64,000 nt of DNA, taken from NCBI GenBank assembly GCA_037441705.1, contig JBBIRR010000012.1, positions 15,001 to 79,000 on the forward strand, given 5' to 3'. Position 1 is the stretch's first letter. Each line of letters opens with the position of its first letter. This DNA is from Ignavibacteriales bacterium (GTDB lineage: Bacteria > Bacteroidota > Ignavibacteria > UBA10030 > UBA6906). The position numbers were made by a program, and so were the translations under genes. The notes under the pieces were generated by a model. That model had not been told where the DNA came from and did not search any database. It saw only the letters and a program-made list of their open reading frames with translations. Below, one piece after another: positions 10,558-22,044 of this stretch.

Positions 10558-11289
10558 ATGTCACGACCGGGCCTTCGTTTCGTTCATTCTCTCCTCCAGC
10601 CTCTGTTCGAGTTTGTATATCCGCCCGTCTGTCTTGCATGCGAGCGCTTTCTTCCCCACTCGTCATCGAGTGTGTGTGGGGAATGTTGGATGACGGTTAG
10701 GCGCGTCCAGCGCACCGATACACTGTACCACGACATGCGCGATCGTCTTCGTGCGCGAGAGCTCACGGATCTTGCTTCGCCTTTTTACTTCGAGAAAGAC
10801 GGAACGCTGCAAATCCTCATCCATCAACTGAAATATGATGAGATAACGATCGCCGGCGTGGAACTCGGCCGGCAGGTCGCCGTCGCGATGGCGACGTTGT
10901 TCGGGGAGATTCCGGATGCCACGCTTGTTCCTGTTCCGCTTCATGCCGCTAAAGAACGGGAACGGGGATACAACCAGAGCGTGTACATTGCTCGCGGCAT
11001 ACAGAGCCTCACCGGCTTGCCCGTTTCCGCTCGTCTTCTGCGGCGCAGGAGGAACACGCCCTCGCAGACGCACCTGAATCGCGAAGAGCGATTGGCGAAT
11101 GTGCAGGATGCCTTCGAGCTTGCGCGTGATGCCCGGGTCGAGGGTGCATCGTTCATCCTCGTTGACGACGTGATCACGACAGGGGCAACGATTCAGGAAT
11201 GCGCTCGCGTCTTGAAGGAACACGGCGCGCAACGTGTGTACGCCGCGTCTATTGCGCTTGCAGCGTATGCGGGCGATGTGGACCGCTGA
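10558..11289 (+). CDS. comF: ComF-family phosphoribosyltransferase-like protein
   Basis: N-terminal CxxC...CxxC; PVPLH, RGYNQS, LVDDVITTGAT. Confidence 0.9.
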   Translation: MSRPGLRFVHSLLQPLFEFVYPPVCLACERFLPHSSSSVCGECWMTVRRVQRTDTLYHDMRDRLRARELTDLASPFYFEKDGTLQILIHQLKYDEITIAGVELGRQVAVAMATLFGEIPDATLVPVPLHAAKERERGYNQSVYIARGIQSLTGLPVSARLLRRRRNTPSQTHLNREERLANVQDAFELARDARVEGASFILVDDVITTGATIQECARVLKEHGAQRVYAASIALAAYAGDVDR

Positions 11290-11443
11290 ACCCTGCACCG
11301 CTTCGTCTGATCGTCACATTTTCTCTCTCTTCCATCTGTTTGCAATTCAAAGCAATTCTTGGTAGATTGACGAGGGTTTTTCATAGCATGTTGCGTCTTT
11401 TTCGCTCTCTTCTACGATACTTGTTCAGTTTCCTCGGAGGTAG

Positions 11444-12439
<996 letters not shown>

Positions 12440-12492
12440 CCACGTTCGCACACCATCATTCGTACTCCCGCTGCGCTCAGCAGGCGGGAGCT

Positions 12493-12518
12493 GCCCGCGC
12501 CGCAGCGGGCTTTTCTTT
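12493..12518 (+). terminator. Putative intrinsic terminator/attenuator between gap and pgk
   Basis: GCCCGC-gccgca-GCGGGC followed by TTTTCTTT; a second hairpin CTCCCGC...GCGGGAG lies at 12465-12490. Confidence 0.6.
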
Positions 12519-12538
12519 CGATGCCCGGAGATCCGTTC

Positions 12539-13735
12539 ATGCAAATCAAGACTATTGACGACATAGAACTCAAAGGGAAGAAAGTCCTCGTCCGCGTCGA
12601 CTTCAACGTTCCGATGACGGATGACTTGAAAATCGCCGACGACAAACGCATCGTCGAATCTCTGCCCACGATCAGGAAGATTTTAGACGCCGGAGGGATA
12701 CCGATCTTGATGAGTCACTTAGGGCGACCGAAGGGCGGGCCAAGCCCGGAGTTTTCGTTGAGGCCTGTAGCCCAGCACCTCGGCACGCTCCTGAGCACGA
12801 ATGTGGTGTTTGCCAACGACTGCGTGGGTGAAGAGGCCAGAGTTGCGGTTGCCGCCTTGAGGCCCGGCGACGTGCTGCTGCTGGAGAACCTCCGTTTTCA
12901 TCCCGAAGAAGAAAAGAACGACCCCGGCTTTGCGAAGGAGCTTGCATCGTTGGGCGATGTGTACGTGAATGACGCCTTCGGTACCGCTCACCGTGCGCAC
13001 GCTTCCACGGAAGGCGTGACGAAATTCATCCGACCGTGTGTCGCAGGCTATTTGATGAAAAAGGAGATCGAGTATCTTACTCAGGCCGTGGGCAATCCGA
13101 AGCGGCCCTATGTCGCTATCCTGGGCGGGGCGAAAATCTCCGGCAAGATTGACGTCATCCAGAATCTTCTTCCCAAAGTTGACGTACTCGTCATTGGTGG
13201 CGGAATGGCATTTACGTTCTTCCGCGCACAGGAGATGGAGGTGGGCGACTCGCTTGTCGAGGTGGAGAAGATCCCGCTCGCGAAGAAGCTGCTTGATGAG
13301 ATCAAGGACTCGAACCGTCGCGTGATTCTGCCCGTTGATTGCGTCATCGCGGACAGGTTCGACAACGATGCCCAGCGGAGGACGGTTCCGGTCAGCAAGA
13401 TTCCAGCAGGCTGGCGAGGATTGGACATCGGTCCCGAGACAATCCAGCTCATCGGCCTCGCCATCAAGGGCGCGAAGACGATTGTATGGAACGGCCCGAT
13501 GGGAGTGTTTGAAATGAGCAACTTTGCCAACGGCACGCTGGAGGTAGCAAAGCTGCTTGCAGAAGCGACGCGTAACGGAGCGACGACGATTGTTGGCGGG
13601 GGCGATTCGGCAGCGGCTGTCGCCCAGATGGGATACGAGGCAGCTATCTCTCATGTCTCGACCGGCGGCGGCGCTTCGCTGGAGTTTCTGGAAGGAAAGC
13701 AATTGCCCGGAATTCTTGCTCTCGATCGAAAGTAA
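12539..13735 (+). CDS. pgk: Phosphoglycerate kinase
   Basis: [58 protein letters not shown]. Confidence 0.98.
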   Translation: MQIKTIDDIELKGKKVLVRVDFNVPMTDDLKIADDKRIVESLPTIRKILDAGGIPILMSHLGRPKGGPSPEFSLRPVAQHLGTLLSTNVVFANDCVGEEARVAVAALRPGDVLLLENLRFHPEEEKNDPGFAKELASLGDVYVNDAFGTAHRAHASTEGVTKFIRPCVAGYLMKKEIEYLTQAVGNPKRPYVAILGGAKISGKIDVIQNLLPKVDVLVIGGGMAFTFFRAQEMEVGDSLVEVEKIPLAKKLLDEIKDSNRRVILPVDCVIADRFDNDAQRRTVPVSKIPAGWRGLDIGPETIQLIGLAIKGAKTIVWNGPMGVFEMSNFANGTLEVAKLLAEATRNGATTIVGGGDSAAAVAQMGYEAAISHVSTGGGASLEFLEGKQLPGILALDRK

Positions 13736-13798
13736 TCTGAACTAACGGACGCAAATCGTTGTTGCATCAATCAGCACAACGATGCCCGGCGTGAATCT

Positions 13799-14710
13799 AT
13801 GTCATTCTATCGTTCAACATACGGCGGCGGTGGTCGGTATTATCGTCCGAGTTTCTTCGGCGGGTTTTCGTTTTTTCCGCCCGTCATCAAAACGCTCCTC
13901 ATCAGTAATACCATCATCTGGCTGCTGACGGATTTCTTTCCGTTCAGCATCAACAACGTGCCGGTCAACAGCGTGATCATGAAGTTCTTTGCCCTCTGGC
14001 CGTGGGGAGCGAACTTCTGGCCGTGGCAGTTGCTGACGTACATGTTTCTGCACGGAGGGTTCGGCCATCTGTTTTTCAACATGCTCGCGCTCTGGATGTT
14101 CGGCATGGAATTGGAAAATTTGTGGGGGTCGAAGCGCTTCCTCACCTATTACCTTCTCTGCGGATTGGGGGCAGGAGTGACCAACCTGATTGTTCCGGTC
14201 ATGTTGGGAGAGGGCGCCCCGACCGTAGGCGCTTCGGGCGCGGTCTTCGGCGTGCTGGTGGCCTTCGGCATGCTGTTTCCCGATCGTCCCATCTATATCT
14301 ACTTCCTTCTTCCGATCAGAGCGAAATACTTCGTCACCGCATACATCCTTTTGGAGTTGTTCTACGGTGTGTATGGGATGCAATCGGGTGTTGCGCACTT
14401 TGCCCACCTCGGCGGCGCAGCCGTTGGTTTCGTCCTGACGATCATGACGATGCGAGGATATTCGATCGCCGATCTCTGGAACGTGATGAAGGGCGAGTTC
14501 CCGCATCGACGCGCAAAAAAACTCTCGCACGATGAAGTCCTTGATGCGCGATTTTATGATATCACATCCGGCAAGCCGCTGGACAGCGACAACGACGTGG
14601 ATCAGGAAGTTATCGATGCGATTCTCGATAAAATCAACAGAAGCGGGTATCAGAGTCTGACGGATGAAGAGAAGAAGATTCTGAACGACGCCAGCAGAAA
14701 GATTCATTGA
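13799..14710 (+). CDS. Rhomboid-family intramembrane serine protease with C-terminal soluble tail
   Basis: TYMFLHG, HLFFNM, catalytic GASG and AHLGG; tail IDAILDKINRSGYQSLTDEEK. Confidence 0.92.
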   Translation: MSFYRSTYGGGGRYYRPSFFGGFSFFPPVIKTLLISNTIIWLLTDFFPFSINNVPVNSVIMKFFALWPWGANFWPWQLLTYMFLHGGFGHLFFNMLALWMFGMELENLWGSKRFLTYYLLCGLGAGVTNLIVPVMLGEGAPTVGASGAVFGVLVAFGMLFPDRPIYIYFLLPIRAKYFVTAYILLELFYGVYGMQSGVAHFAHLGGAAVGFVLTIMTMRGYSIADLWNVMKGEFPHRRAKKLSHDEVLDARFYDITSGKPLDSDNDVDQEVIDAILDKINRSGYQSLTDEEKKILNDASRKIH

Positions 14711-14718
14711 GGAGAAGT

Positions 14719-15852
14719 ATGGAGATTCCCGTATTGAACATGACCGATCAGCCGCCGGTTGTGCCGCATCCGACCTATCGTGTGGGCGTTCGGCGGCATA
14801 CACGCCAGGTGTCCATCGGCGGCGTCAAGGTGGGCGGCGGCGCGCCGATTTCTGTTCAAACCATGACGAAAACAAAGACCGCCGACATCGCCGGAACCCT
14901 GAAGCAAATCCGCGATGCTGCCGATGCGGGATGCGACATCGTCCGCGTAACGGTCAACGATAAGGAAGCTGCTGAAGCCATCAAGGAGATCGTGCGGCAG
15001 TCGCCCATTCCCGTCGTTGCCGACATTCACTTCAATCACATCTTCGCGCTCAAGGCAATCGAAGCGGGCGTTGCAAAGGTGCGGATCAACCCGGGCAACA
15101 TCGGCAGCAAGAGCCGCATTTATGAAGTGCTGACGGCCGCGAAGGACAAGGGTATTCCGATTCGCATCGGTGTGAACTCGGGTTCGCTGGAAGAAGACAT
15201 CCTGGAGAAGTACGGCTACCCGACGGCCGAAGCATTGTACGAGAGTGCGATGCGGCACGTTGGCATTTGCGATGAGTTCGGCTTCAAGGATGTGATCATC
15301 TCCGTCAAATCCACCGATGTACGTTTGATGATTGAAGCTTATCGGCTTGTTGCCGAGAGAACGGACATCCCGCTTCACCTCGGCGTGACGGAAGCCGGGA
15401 CTACACGCGTCGGCACCATCAAGTCTGCGGTCGGCATCGGCACGCTGCTGGCGGAGGGCATCGGCGATACCATTCGCGTTTCCTTGACGGACGAGCCGGT
15501 GAAGGAAGTAGAGGTGGGAAAGGAAATCCTCCGTTCGCTCGGCCTTGCGTCGCGCAACGTGGAGCTGATTGCCTGTCCCACATGCGGGCGATTGGAAGTT
15601 GATCTGTTCGGGATTATGGCCGAGTTGGAAAGACGACTCGAGGGCGTGAAGAAACCCGTCAAGGTTGCCGTCCTCGGATGTGTGGTGAACGGGCCGGGCG
15701 AAGCCAGCGAAGCCGACATCGGCATTGCGGCGGGGAAGGGTGTCGGCATTCTCTACCGCAAAGGGGAGGTTGTACGCAAAGTGAAGGAATCCGAAATCGT
15801 TGATGTGATAGTGGAAGAGGTGAAGAATTTCCAGCCGGAAGAGAACGCATAG
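14719..15852 (+). CDS. ispG: (E)-4-hydroxy-3-methylbut-2-enyl-diphosphate synthase
   Basis: PISVQTMT, VADIHF, RINPGNIG, PLHLGVTEAG, CPTCGR, GCVVNGPGE; GAGGAG RBS before ATG 14719. Confidence 0.97.
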   Translation: MEIPVLNMTDQPPVVPHPTYRVGVRRHTRQVSIGGVKVGGGAPISVQTMTKTKTADIAGTLKQIRDAADAGCDIVRVTVNDKEAAEAIKEIVRQSPIPVVADIHFNHIFALKAIEAGVAKVRINPGNIGSKSRIYEVLTAAKDKGIPIRIGVNSGSLEEDILEKYGYPTAEALYESAMRHVGICDEFGFKDVIISVKSTDVRLMIEAYRLVAERTDIPLHLGVTEAGTTRVGTIKSAVGIGTLLAEGIGDTIRVSLTDEPVKEVEVGKEILRSLGLASRNVELIACPTCGRLEVDLFGIMAELERRLEGVKKPVKVAVLGCVVNGPGEASEADIGIAAGKGVGILYRKGEVVRKVKESEIVDVIVEEVKNFQPEENA

Positions 15853-15912
15853 GCTGATGCATTGTGAACACGGCGAAGGGTGCGATCAATTGTTTGTAGC
15901 GCGCTCGCGGAG

Positions 15913-15942
15913 AGACCCGCTCGGTAGCGGGTCTTTCGTTTT
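15913..15942 (+). terminator. Putative intrinsic terminator after ispG
   Basis: AGACCCGC-tcggta-GCGGGTCT followed by TTCGTTTT. Confidence 0.7.
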
Positions 15943-15981
15943 CAGGCTGGGGAACGACCTCGCCTCTCTCTCATTGAGTGC

Positions 15982-17319
15982 TTGATGATGACCGCTCCAA
16001 CAATCAGTGTCGGTATTCTTACTCGACAAGAGATTCGCTTCACGCTGCTCGGTACGTTTTACGCGCGGGACGCCGCCGGTTCATTTGTCGGCGAATTCCT
16101 CGCGCGCTCGGACGGGGAGGGTGTTCGGATCGTGCAGAACGGCCGGGAAATCTCTACTGCCGCCGAATTCGTTCTGATGCCGGAAAACGCCGGGTGTTCG
16201 TTCATCCTGCATCACGTGACGATCGGTCATCAATTCCACTGGCAGAGAAATGAAGATCAGCAGTTTCCGGGCGCGTTGAAGCTCATCCGCTCGGGCGAGC
16301 TTGTCACGGCCATCAACCTTGTGGATGTCGAATCGTATCTCACAAGCGTCATCTCTTCGGAGATGAGCGCCGAGAGTTCGACGAGCTTTCTGCGCGCGCA
16401 CACCATTATCTCTCGAAGCTGGCTCCTTGCCCAGCTCGAGAAATCATGTGCAGCGCGGAAGCCGAACCGGTATGCATTCCGGGAGAGTGACAATGAGCGT
16501 ATCATCTGGTACGATCGTGAAGAGCACGATCAGTTCGATGTCTGCGCCGACGACCACTGTCAGCGGTATCACGGGATCACGAAGGTGCATACCCCTTCGG
16601 TGCACGAGGCGGTGAAGTCCACACGCGGCCTGGTGTTGACATCTGATGGCAGCGTCTGCGATACCCGGTTTTCCAAGTGCTGCGGCGGAGTGACCGAGCG
16701 CTTCGAAAATGTGTGGGAGCCTGTTCCGCATTCGTATCTTGTCCCCATCGTTGATGCAGCCCGCCCTCCCGAGGAATTTGTCGGGACGCTGGAGGATGAT
16801 GCCCGCGCCGGGCAGTGGATTCGCCGGCGGCCGCCGGTGTTCTGCAACACTAACGATCAGGACCTGATTGCGCATGTTCTTCCCACCTTCGATCGTGAGA
16901 CGAAGGATTTTTTCCGATGGCGTGTCGAATACACTCAGCAAGAACTTTCCGATCTCGTAAACCGCAAGAGCGGCATGGACTTCGGAGGAATACTCGATCT
17001 GAAGCCGCGCCGGCGCGGTGCCTCAGGGCGGATTGTGGAGTTGACCATCGTTGGCAGGCGCAGGACGTGCACTATCGGGAAAGAGTTGGAGATTCGCCGG
17101 ACGCTTTCTCCGTCGCACCTCTTCAGCTCGGCATTTGTTGTCGAGAAGCAGGAGGTGAGCAACGGCCTCCCGTCGCGTTTCGTTCTTCGCGGAGCGGGAT
17201 GGGGTCACGGCGTTGGGTTGTGTCAGATCGGCGCGGCAGTAATGGGTGAACGCGGCTACGATCACGGGAAAATTCTCTCGCATTATTTCCCCCACACACA
17301 ATTGACAGCCCTGTACTGA
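15982..17319 (+). CDS. SpoIID/LytB-domain protein (peptidoglycan lytic enzyme)
   Basis: VESYLTSVISSEM, FDVCADDHCQRYHG, FSKCCGG, GAGWGHGVGLCQIGA, ILSHYFP. Confidence 0.92.
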   Translation: MMMTAPTISVGILTRQEIRFTLLGTFYARDAAGSFVGEFLARSDGEGVRIVQNGREISTAAEFVLMPENAGCSFILHHVTIGHQFHWQRNEDQQFPGALKLIRSGELVTAINLVDVESYLTSVISSEMSAESSTSFLRAHTIISRSWLLAQLEKSCAARKPNRYAFRESDNERIIWYDREEHDQFDVCADDHCQRYHGITKVHTPSVHEAVKSTRGLVLTSDGSVCDTRFSKCCGGVTERFENVWEPVPHSYLVPIVDAARPPEEFVGTLEDDARAGQWIRRRPPVFCNTNDQDLIAHVLPTFDRETKDFFRWRVEYTQQELSDLVNRKSGMDFGGILDLKPRRRGASGRIVELTIVGRRRTCTIGKELEIRRTLSPSHLFSSAFVVEKQEVSNGLPSRFVLRGAGWGHGVGLCQIGAAVMGERGYDHGKILSHYFPHTQLTALY

Positions 17320-17328
17320 GTCGAACGG

Positions 17329-19089
17329 ATGACGGCCTTTATCTTCATTCTCGTCGCTTCTTTCGTGGCAGTGCCTTGTGATGCACAGAGTAATGCCGGC
17401 ACCGGAAATTTCATTCTGCTTGTTGTGCCCGAATCCGACACCGTAACAACCTCATCGGCCGTTTACAGACTATCCGCGAGCACACTTCCCGACAGCAAAG
17501 TTGATGTCAACGGAAGGCCGTTCAAAGTGTATCCCTCAGGCGCGTTTTGCGGAAAACTCGACCTCGCTGTGGGCGATAATCTGTTCACCATCACTGCCGT
17601 CGATCCCTCTGGCGGCCGCGTCACGAAAGATTTTGTCATTCGCCGGTCGAAGCCTATCGAGTCAACCCCCAGCGATACGTTACTCATCGAGGACATCATG
17701 ATGCTGCCTACGCAGGATATGTGGCTTGCAGCAGGCGACATTCTCAATGTCCAGTTCAAAGGCACACCCGGCTGCAAAGCAAGCTTCATGAACGGCATAC
17801 CGATGAGTGAGCGCCAGCTCAACTCGGGCCGGGGCCTTGCGGGCATTTATCGCGGAACGTATCGAGTTCGAGACACGGATACGCTGCTCAGCCAGCGCAT
17901 CACGTTCCGACTCGAGGACAGTACAGGCAAGGCTGTTACGCGCTCCACTTCTGCTCGGGTCTCGTTCAAGCCGCACCAGCTGCCAGTCGTGGGAATTACC
18001 AAGGGCGAGCGCCCCTTCCTCAACACGAGTCTGGGTGACGATCGCCTGGGCGGGCACAAGTTCTCCATCATCAATCCCGGCATACGGCTGAAGATCACGG
18101 GCAAGGTGAATTCTCTGTTCCGCGTCGCGCTGACGGACAACCTCCAGGTCTGGATTGACACGAGTTTCGTCGATCTGCAGCCGGGCGATCCATTCATGCC
18201 CAAATCCCTCACGGGCAATATTACCGTGTCGGCGGAGCCTGACTACGATGTTGTTTCGGTAACACTGAGCGACCGGCTTCCGTATTCGACGACGCAGGAG
18301 CTTGAGCCAACGCGCATCGTTGTGGATGTGTACGGCGCAACATCCAACACAAACTGGATCACGCAAACGATGACGACGCGTGAAATCAAAAATGTGTATT
18401 ACCAGCAGATGGAAACGGATGTCTTTCGTATCATCATAGAATTGGAGCACCAACAGATCTGGGGATATGGGATTGGCTATGAAGGCACGAATCTTAAGAT
18501 AAGAGTCAAGCCGCAGCCGCAACGGCTAACGCTCAAGCATCTCACCATAGCGGTTGATCCCGGCCACGGGGGCGAGAATCTCGGAGCGCTCGGAGCAACG
18601 GGACTGAAAGAGAAGGACGTTGCGCTCATGATTGCCAATCATGTGAAGACGATTCTGGAAGACAACGGCGTACGTGTGATCATGACCCGCACGAACGATT
18701 CGAACCCGACGATTACCGAGCGATTCCTTCGCGCCTACAAGGGCAAGGCCGACCTGCTGGTCAGCATTCATGCGAATTCGGTCGGACTGACATCCGATCC
18801 TCTTGCAACCAACGGTGCTGCAACGTTTTACAAGCACATCTGCTATCGGCCCCTGTCGCGTTTCATTCTCGACGAGATTGTCAAAACGGGTCTCGGCTCG
18901 TTCGCAAATGTCGGCAGCTTCAACTTTGCGCTTCTGGGTCCGACGGAGATTCCTTCCGTGCTTGTTGAAACAGCGTTCATCTCTCATCCCGAAGACGAAA
19001 TGAAACTGCTCGACGACGATTTCCGAAAAGAACTCGCCGAGCGGATTGTTGATGGGATCGAGAACTTCTTGGATTGGTGTGAAGAATAG
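17329..19089 (+). CDS. N-acetylmuramoyl-L-alanine amidase (Amidase_3) with signal peptide and N-terminal beta domains
   Basis: VDPGHGG, LKEKD, VSIHAN, VLVETAFISHPED give the Zn/catalytic residues. Confidence 0.9.
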   Translation: MTAFIFILVASFVAVPCDAQSNAGTGNFILLVVPESDTVTTSSAVYRLSASTLPDSKVDVNGRPFKVYPSGAFCGKLDLAVGDNLFTITAVDPSGGRVTKDFVIRRSKPIESTPSDTLLIEDIMMLPTQDMWLAAGDILNVQFKGTPGCKASFMNGIPMSERQLNSGRGLAGIYRGTYRVRDTDTLLSQRITFRLEDSTGKAVTRSTSARVSFKPHQLPVVGITKGERPFLNTSLGDDRLGGHKFSIINPGIRLKITGKVNSLFRVALTDNLQVWIDTSFVDLQPGDPFMPKSLTGNITVSAEPDYDVVSVTLSDRLPYSTTQELEPTRIVVDVYGATSNTNWITQTMTTREIKNVYYQQMETDVFRIIIELEHQQIWGYGIGYEGTNLKIRVKPQPQRLTLKHLTIAVDPGHGGENLGALGATGLKEKDVALMIANHVKTILEDNGVRVIMTRTNDSNPTITERFLRAYKGKADLLVSIHANSVGLTSDPLATNGAATFYKHICYRPLSRFILDEIVKTGLGSFANVGSFNFALLGPTEIPSVLVETAFISHPEDEMKLLDDDFRKELAERIVDGIENFLDWCEE

Positions 19090-19140
19090 CATGCATGCCG
19101 ATGTGCCGTTTCGGCGATCATTCACTTTCCTGAGCTGCGC

Positions 19141-20421
19141 ATGAGCGATACACCAGCGCATCGAAATCCCTGGCTGTGGGTTCCATCGCTTTATCTCGCG
19201 CAGGGCATCCCGTACGTCGTCGTGATGACGGTTTCGGTGATCATGTACAAGCGGCTCGGCATCTCGAACACCGACATTGCGTTGTACACCAGCTGGCTGT
19301 ATTTGCCGTGGGTGATCAAGCCGCTCTGGAGCCCGGTTGTCGATCTGTTCAAGACAAAGCGGGTCTGGATCATCACGATGCAACTGATCATCGGCGCGGC
19401 GCTCGGCTCGGTCGCGCTCACGATTCCCCTGCCCGACTTTTTCCAGTGGACGCTCGCCGTCTTCTGGCTCATGGCGTTCAGTTCGGCAACGCACGACATC
19501 GCGGCCGACGGTTTTTATATGCTCGGCCTGAAGGAACATCAGCAGGCGGCGTTTGTGGGTGTGCGCAGTACATTCTACCGCATTGCAATGATTACGGGGC
19601 AGGGCGCGCTGGTGATGGTGGCGGGACATTTCGAAACCACGACCGGCGATATCCCTCGTGCGTGGACGTGGACGTTCGCGATTCTTTCCGCGCTCTTCTT
19701 TCTCTTCTTTCTCTACCACAAATTCATTCTTCCTCGTCCGACAACCGATGTGCCGAAAGTGGAAGGGAGCCCCGGCGATTTTCTGAAAGCGTTCGTTCAG
19801 ACATTTGTTTCATTCTTCACGAAGCAGCGCATCGGCGCGACGCTGGCCTTCCTGCTTCTGTTCAGATTTGCCGAGGCACAGCTTGTCAAGCTTGCCTCGC
19901 CGTTTCTTCTCGACCCGGCTGAGGAGGGTGGCCTTGCACTCAGCACGAGCGAAGTTGGATTTGTCTACGGAACGGTGGGCGTCGTCGCGCTCCTGCTTGG
20001 CGGTCTGGTAGGAGGCTTCGTCATCTCACGCCGCGGGCTCAAATTCTGGCTCATCTGGATGGTCCTGGCCATCAACGTGCCGGATGCTGTGTACGTCTAT
20101 CTTTCACACGCGTTGCCCAAGGACTTTCTCGCGGTGAATGTTGCTGTTGCGATCGAGCAATTCGGATACGGATTCGGCTTCACCGCGTATTTGATGTACA
20201 TGATCTATGTGTCGCAGGGCCCGTACCAGACTGCCCATTACGCCATCTGCACAGGGTTCATGGCGTTAGGCATGATGATCCCCGGCATGGTCAGCGGGTG
20301 GCTGCAGGAACACCTTGGCTACACGGGTTTTTTTTGGTGGATCATGATCGCAACGATCCCGAGCTTCGTTGTGACGGCATTTGTGAGAGTCGATCCGGAG
20401 TTTGGAAAGAAACACTCCTGA
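19141..20421 (+). CDS. AmpG-like MFS transporter (muropeptide permease)
   Basis: LPWVIKPLWSPVVD, SATHDIAADGFY; about 12 TM segments; peptidoglycan-recycling context. Confidence 0.85.
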   Translation: MSDTPAHRNPWLWVPSLYLAQGIPYVVVMTVSVIMYKRLGISNTDIALYTSWLYLPWVIKPLWSPVVDLFKTKRVWIITMQLIIGAALGSVALTIPLPDFFQWTLAVFWLMAFSSATHDIAADGFYMLGLKEHQQAAFVGVRSTFYRIAMITGQGALVMVAGHFETTTGDIPRAWTWTFAILSALFFLFFLYHKFILPRPTTDVPKVEGSPGDFLKAFVQTFVSFFTKQRIGATLAFLLLFRFAEAQLVKLASPFLLDPAEEGGLALSTSEVGFVYGTVGVVALLLGGLVGGFVISRRGLKFWLIWMVLAINVPDAVYVYLSHALPKDFLAVNVAVAIEQFGYGFGFTAYLMYMIYVSQGPYQTAHYAICTGFMALGMMIPGMVSGWLQEHLGYTGFFWWIMIATIPSFVVTAFVRVDPEFGKKHS

Positions 20422-20538
20422 CCGATAGCTCTCGGTGCACACGAAGGCGCGCGCCATTGTAATTCGTTGCTGTTTGATGTAGATTCCTGACGCAGATAAC
20501 GACCTGCATCGAGAACGACCTACTGTTATCAACGCTTC

Positions 20539-22044
20539 ATGTCGAAACCCATCACAGCATTTGTCCCGTACAGCGGGCAGCAAGCCATCAGGAGAACGAT
20601 TGAACAACTTCAACGCTCGGCGCTGGTCGAGCGAGTGTGCCTGCTGACGGCCGGCCCGACGCTCGACGGTTGTGTCCCGATTCCCGTTACAGGTCTTACC
20701 TCAACGCAAACGATGGACGCAATTGCGAGAGAAGCCCGGACGCATCTGTGTCTGCTCGTGCTGCACGAGACGAATATTGATTTCGACCGGTTTGCCCTCG
20801 AGCGGCTCCATGCCGTGGCCGAGACGACGGTGTCGAGCATTGTGTATTCCGATTGCATCGACGTGCGGCGTGGAGTTCGAGTTCCTCATCCGACGATTGA
20901 GTATCAGGAGGGGAGTATTCGGGACGAGTTTGACTTCGGCTCCGTGCTGATGATGAACAGCGTGATGGTGAGAGAAGCAGCAGAGGAGGTGTCTCATCAT
21001 ACGTTTCGCGCAGCAGGCCTGTACGCGCTGCGCCTTGCCCTCTTCCGGCGAGGCCGTCTGACCCGTGTCGGCGAATTCCTCTACGCCCGGCATGCGATGG
21101 AGACCCGGCCAGCCAGCGCCGCTCAATTCGACTATGTTGACCCAAGAAATCGTGACGTTCAGGTGGAGATGGAGATTGCGGTGAGTGAACACCTCAAGAC
21201 CATCGGAGCCTTTCTGAAGCCGGAGGTTGAAGAGGTTGACGTGACGGAAGGGTCGTTTCCGTTCGAAGCATCCGTGATCATTCCTGTGAAGAATCGAGTG
21301 AAGACGATCGCCGACGCCATCACGTCGGCGCTTTGCCAGCAGGCACGCTTTGCATTCAACATTATCGTCGTTGATAATCATTCATCCGATGGAACGAGCC
21401 GGATTGTGAAGGAGATGGCGGAGCGCGACGAACGCGTGCTGCACCTTGTGCCTGAGCAGGAAGGTCTGGAAATCGGAGGCTGCTGGAATGAGGCGGTGCA
21501 TCATCCCTCATGCGGCCGTTTCGCCGTCCAACTCGATAGCGACGACCTGTACAAGGACGCGACAACACTGCAGCGGATTGTTGATGTCTTTCGTAGCGAA
21601 CGGTGTGCAATGGTGGTCGGCTCCTATCAGATGACGGATTTCGAGCTGCGGGAGATTCCCCCGGGCGTGATTGATCATCGTGAGTGGACTCCCGCGAACG
21701 GCAGGAACAACGTGCTGCGTGTCAACGGGTTCGGCGCCCCGCGGGCGTTCTACACGCCGATTCTTCGCCGTATTCCCTTTCCGAACGTGAGTTACGGAGA
21801 GGACTACGCCGTGGGTCTCGCCATCTCGCGCGATTATCACGTGGGGCGCATCTACGAGCCGATCTACCTCTGCCGCCGCTGGGAAGGGAATTCCGATGCA
21901 AATCTCGACATCGCAACGCTCAACGCATTCAACTTCTACAAAGACAAACTCCGGACGCTGGAGATTTTTGCGCGCCAGCGAAAGAACGCGATGCGGCGTG
22001 CCGATGCGAGGAAAAGCCGTAAGAAGCCGCCGTCGACCGTATGA
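20539..22044 (+). CDS. Glycosyltransferase family 2 with long N-terminal extension
   Basis: [32 protein letters not shown]. Confidence 0.88.
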   Translation: MSKPITAFVPYSGQQAIRRTIEQLQRSALVERVCLLTAGPTLDGCVPIPVTGLTSTQTMDAIAREARTHLCLLVLHETNIDFDRFALERLHAVAETTVSSIVYSDCIDVRRGVRVPHPTIEYQEGSIRDEFDFGSVLMMNSVMVREAAEEVSHHTFRAAGLYALRLALFRRGRLTRVGEFLYARHAMETRPASAAQFDYVDPRNRDVQVEMEIAVSEHLKTIGAFLKPEVEEVDVTEGSFPFEASVIIPVKNRVKTIADAITSALCQQARFAFNIIVVDNHSSDGTSRIVKEMAERDERVLHLVPEQEGLEIGGCWNEAVHHPSCGRFAVQLDSDDLYKDATTLQRIVDVFRSERCAMVVGSYQMTDFELREIPPGVIDHREWTPANGRNNVLRVNGFGAPRAFYTPILRRIPFPNVSYGEDYAVGLAISRDYHVGRIYEPIYLCRRWEGNSDANLDIATLNAFNFYKDKLRTLEIFARQRKNAMRRADARKSRKKPPSTV

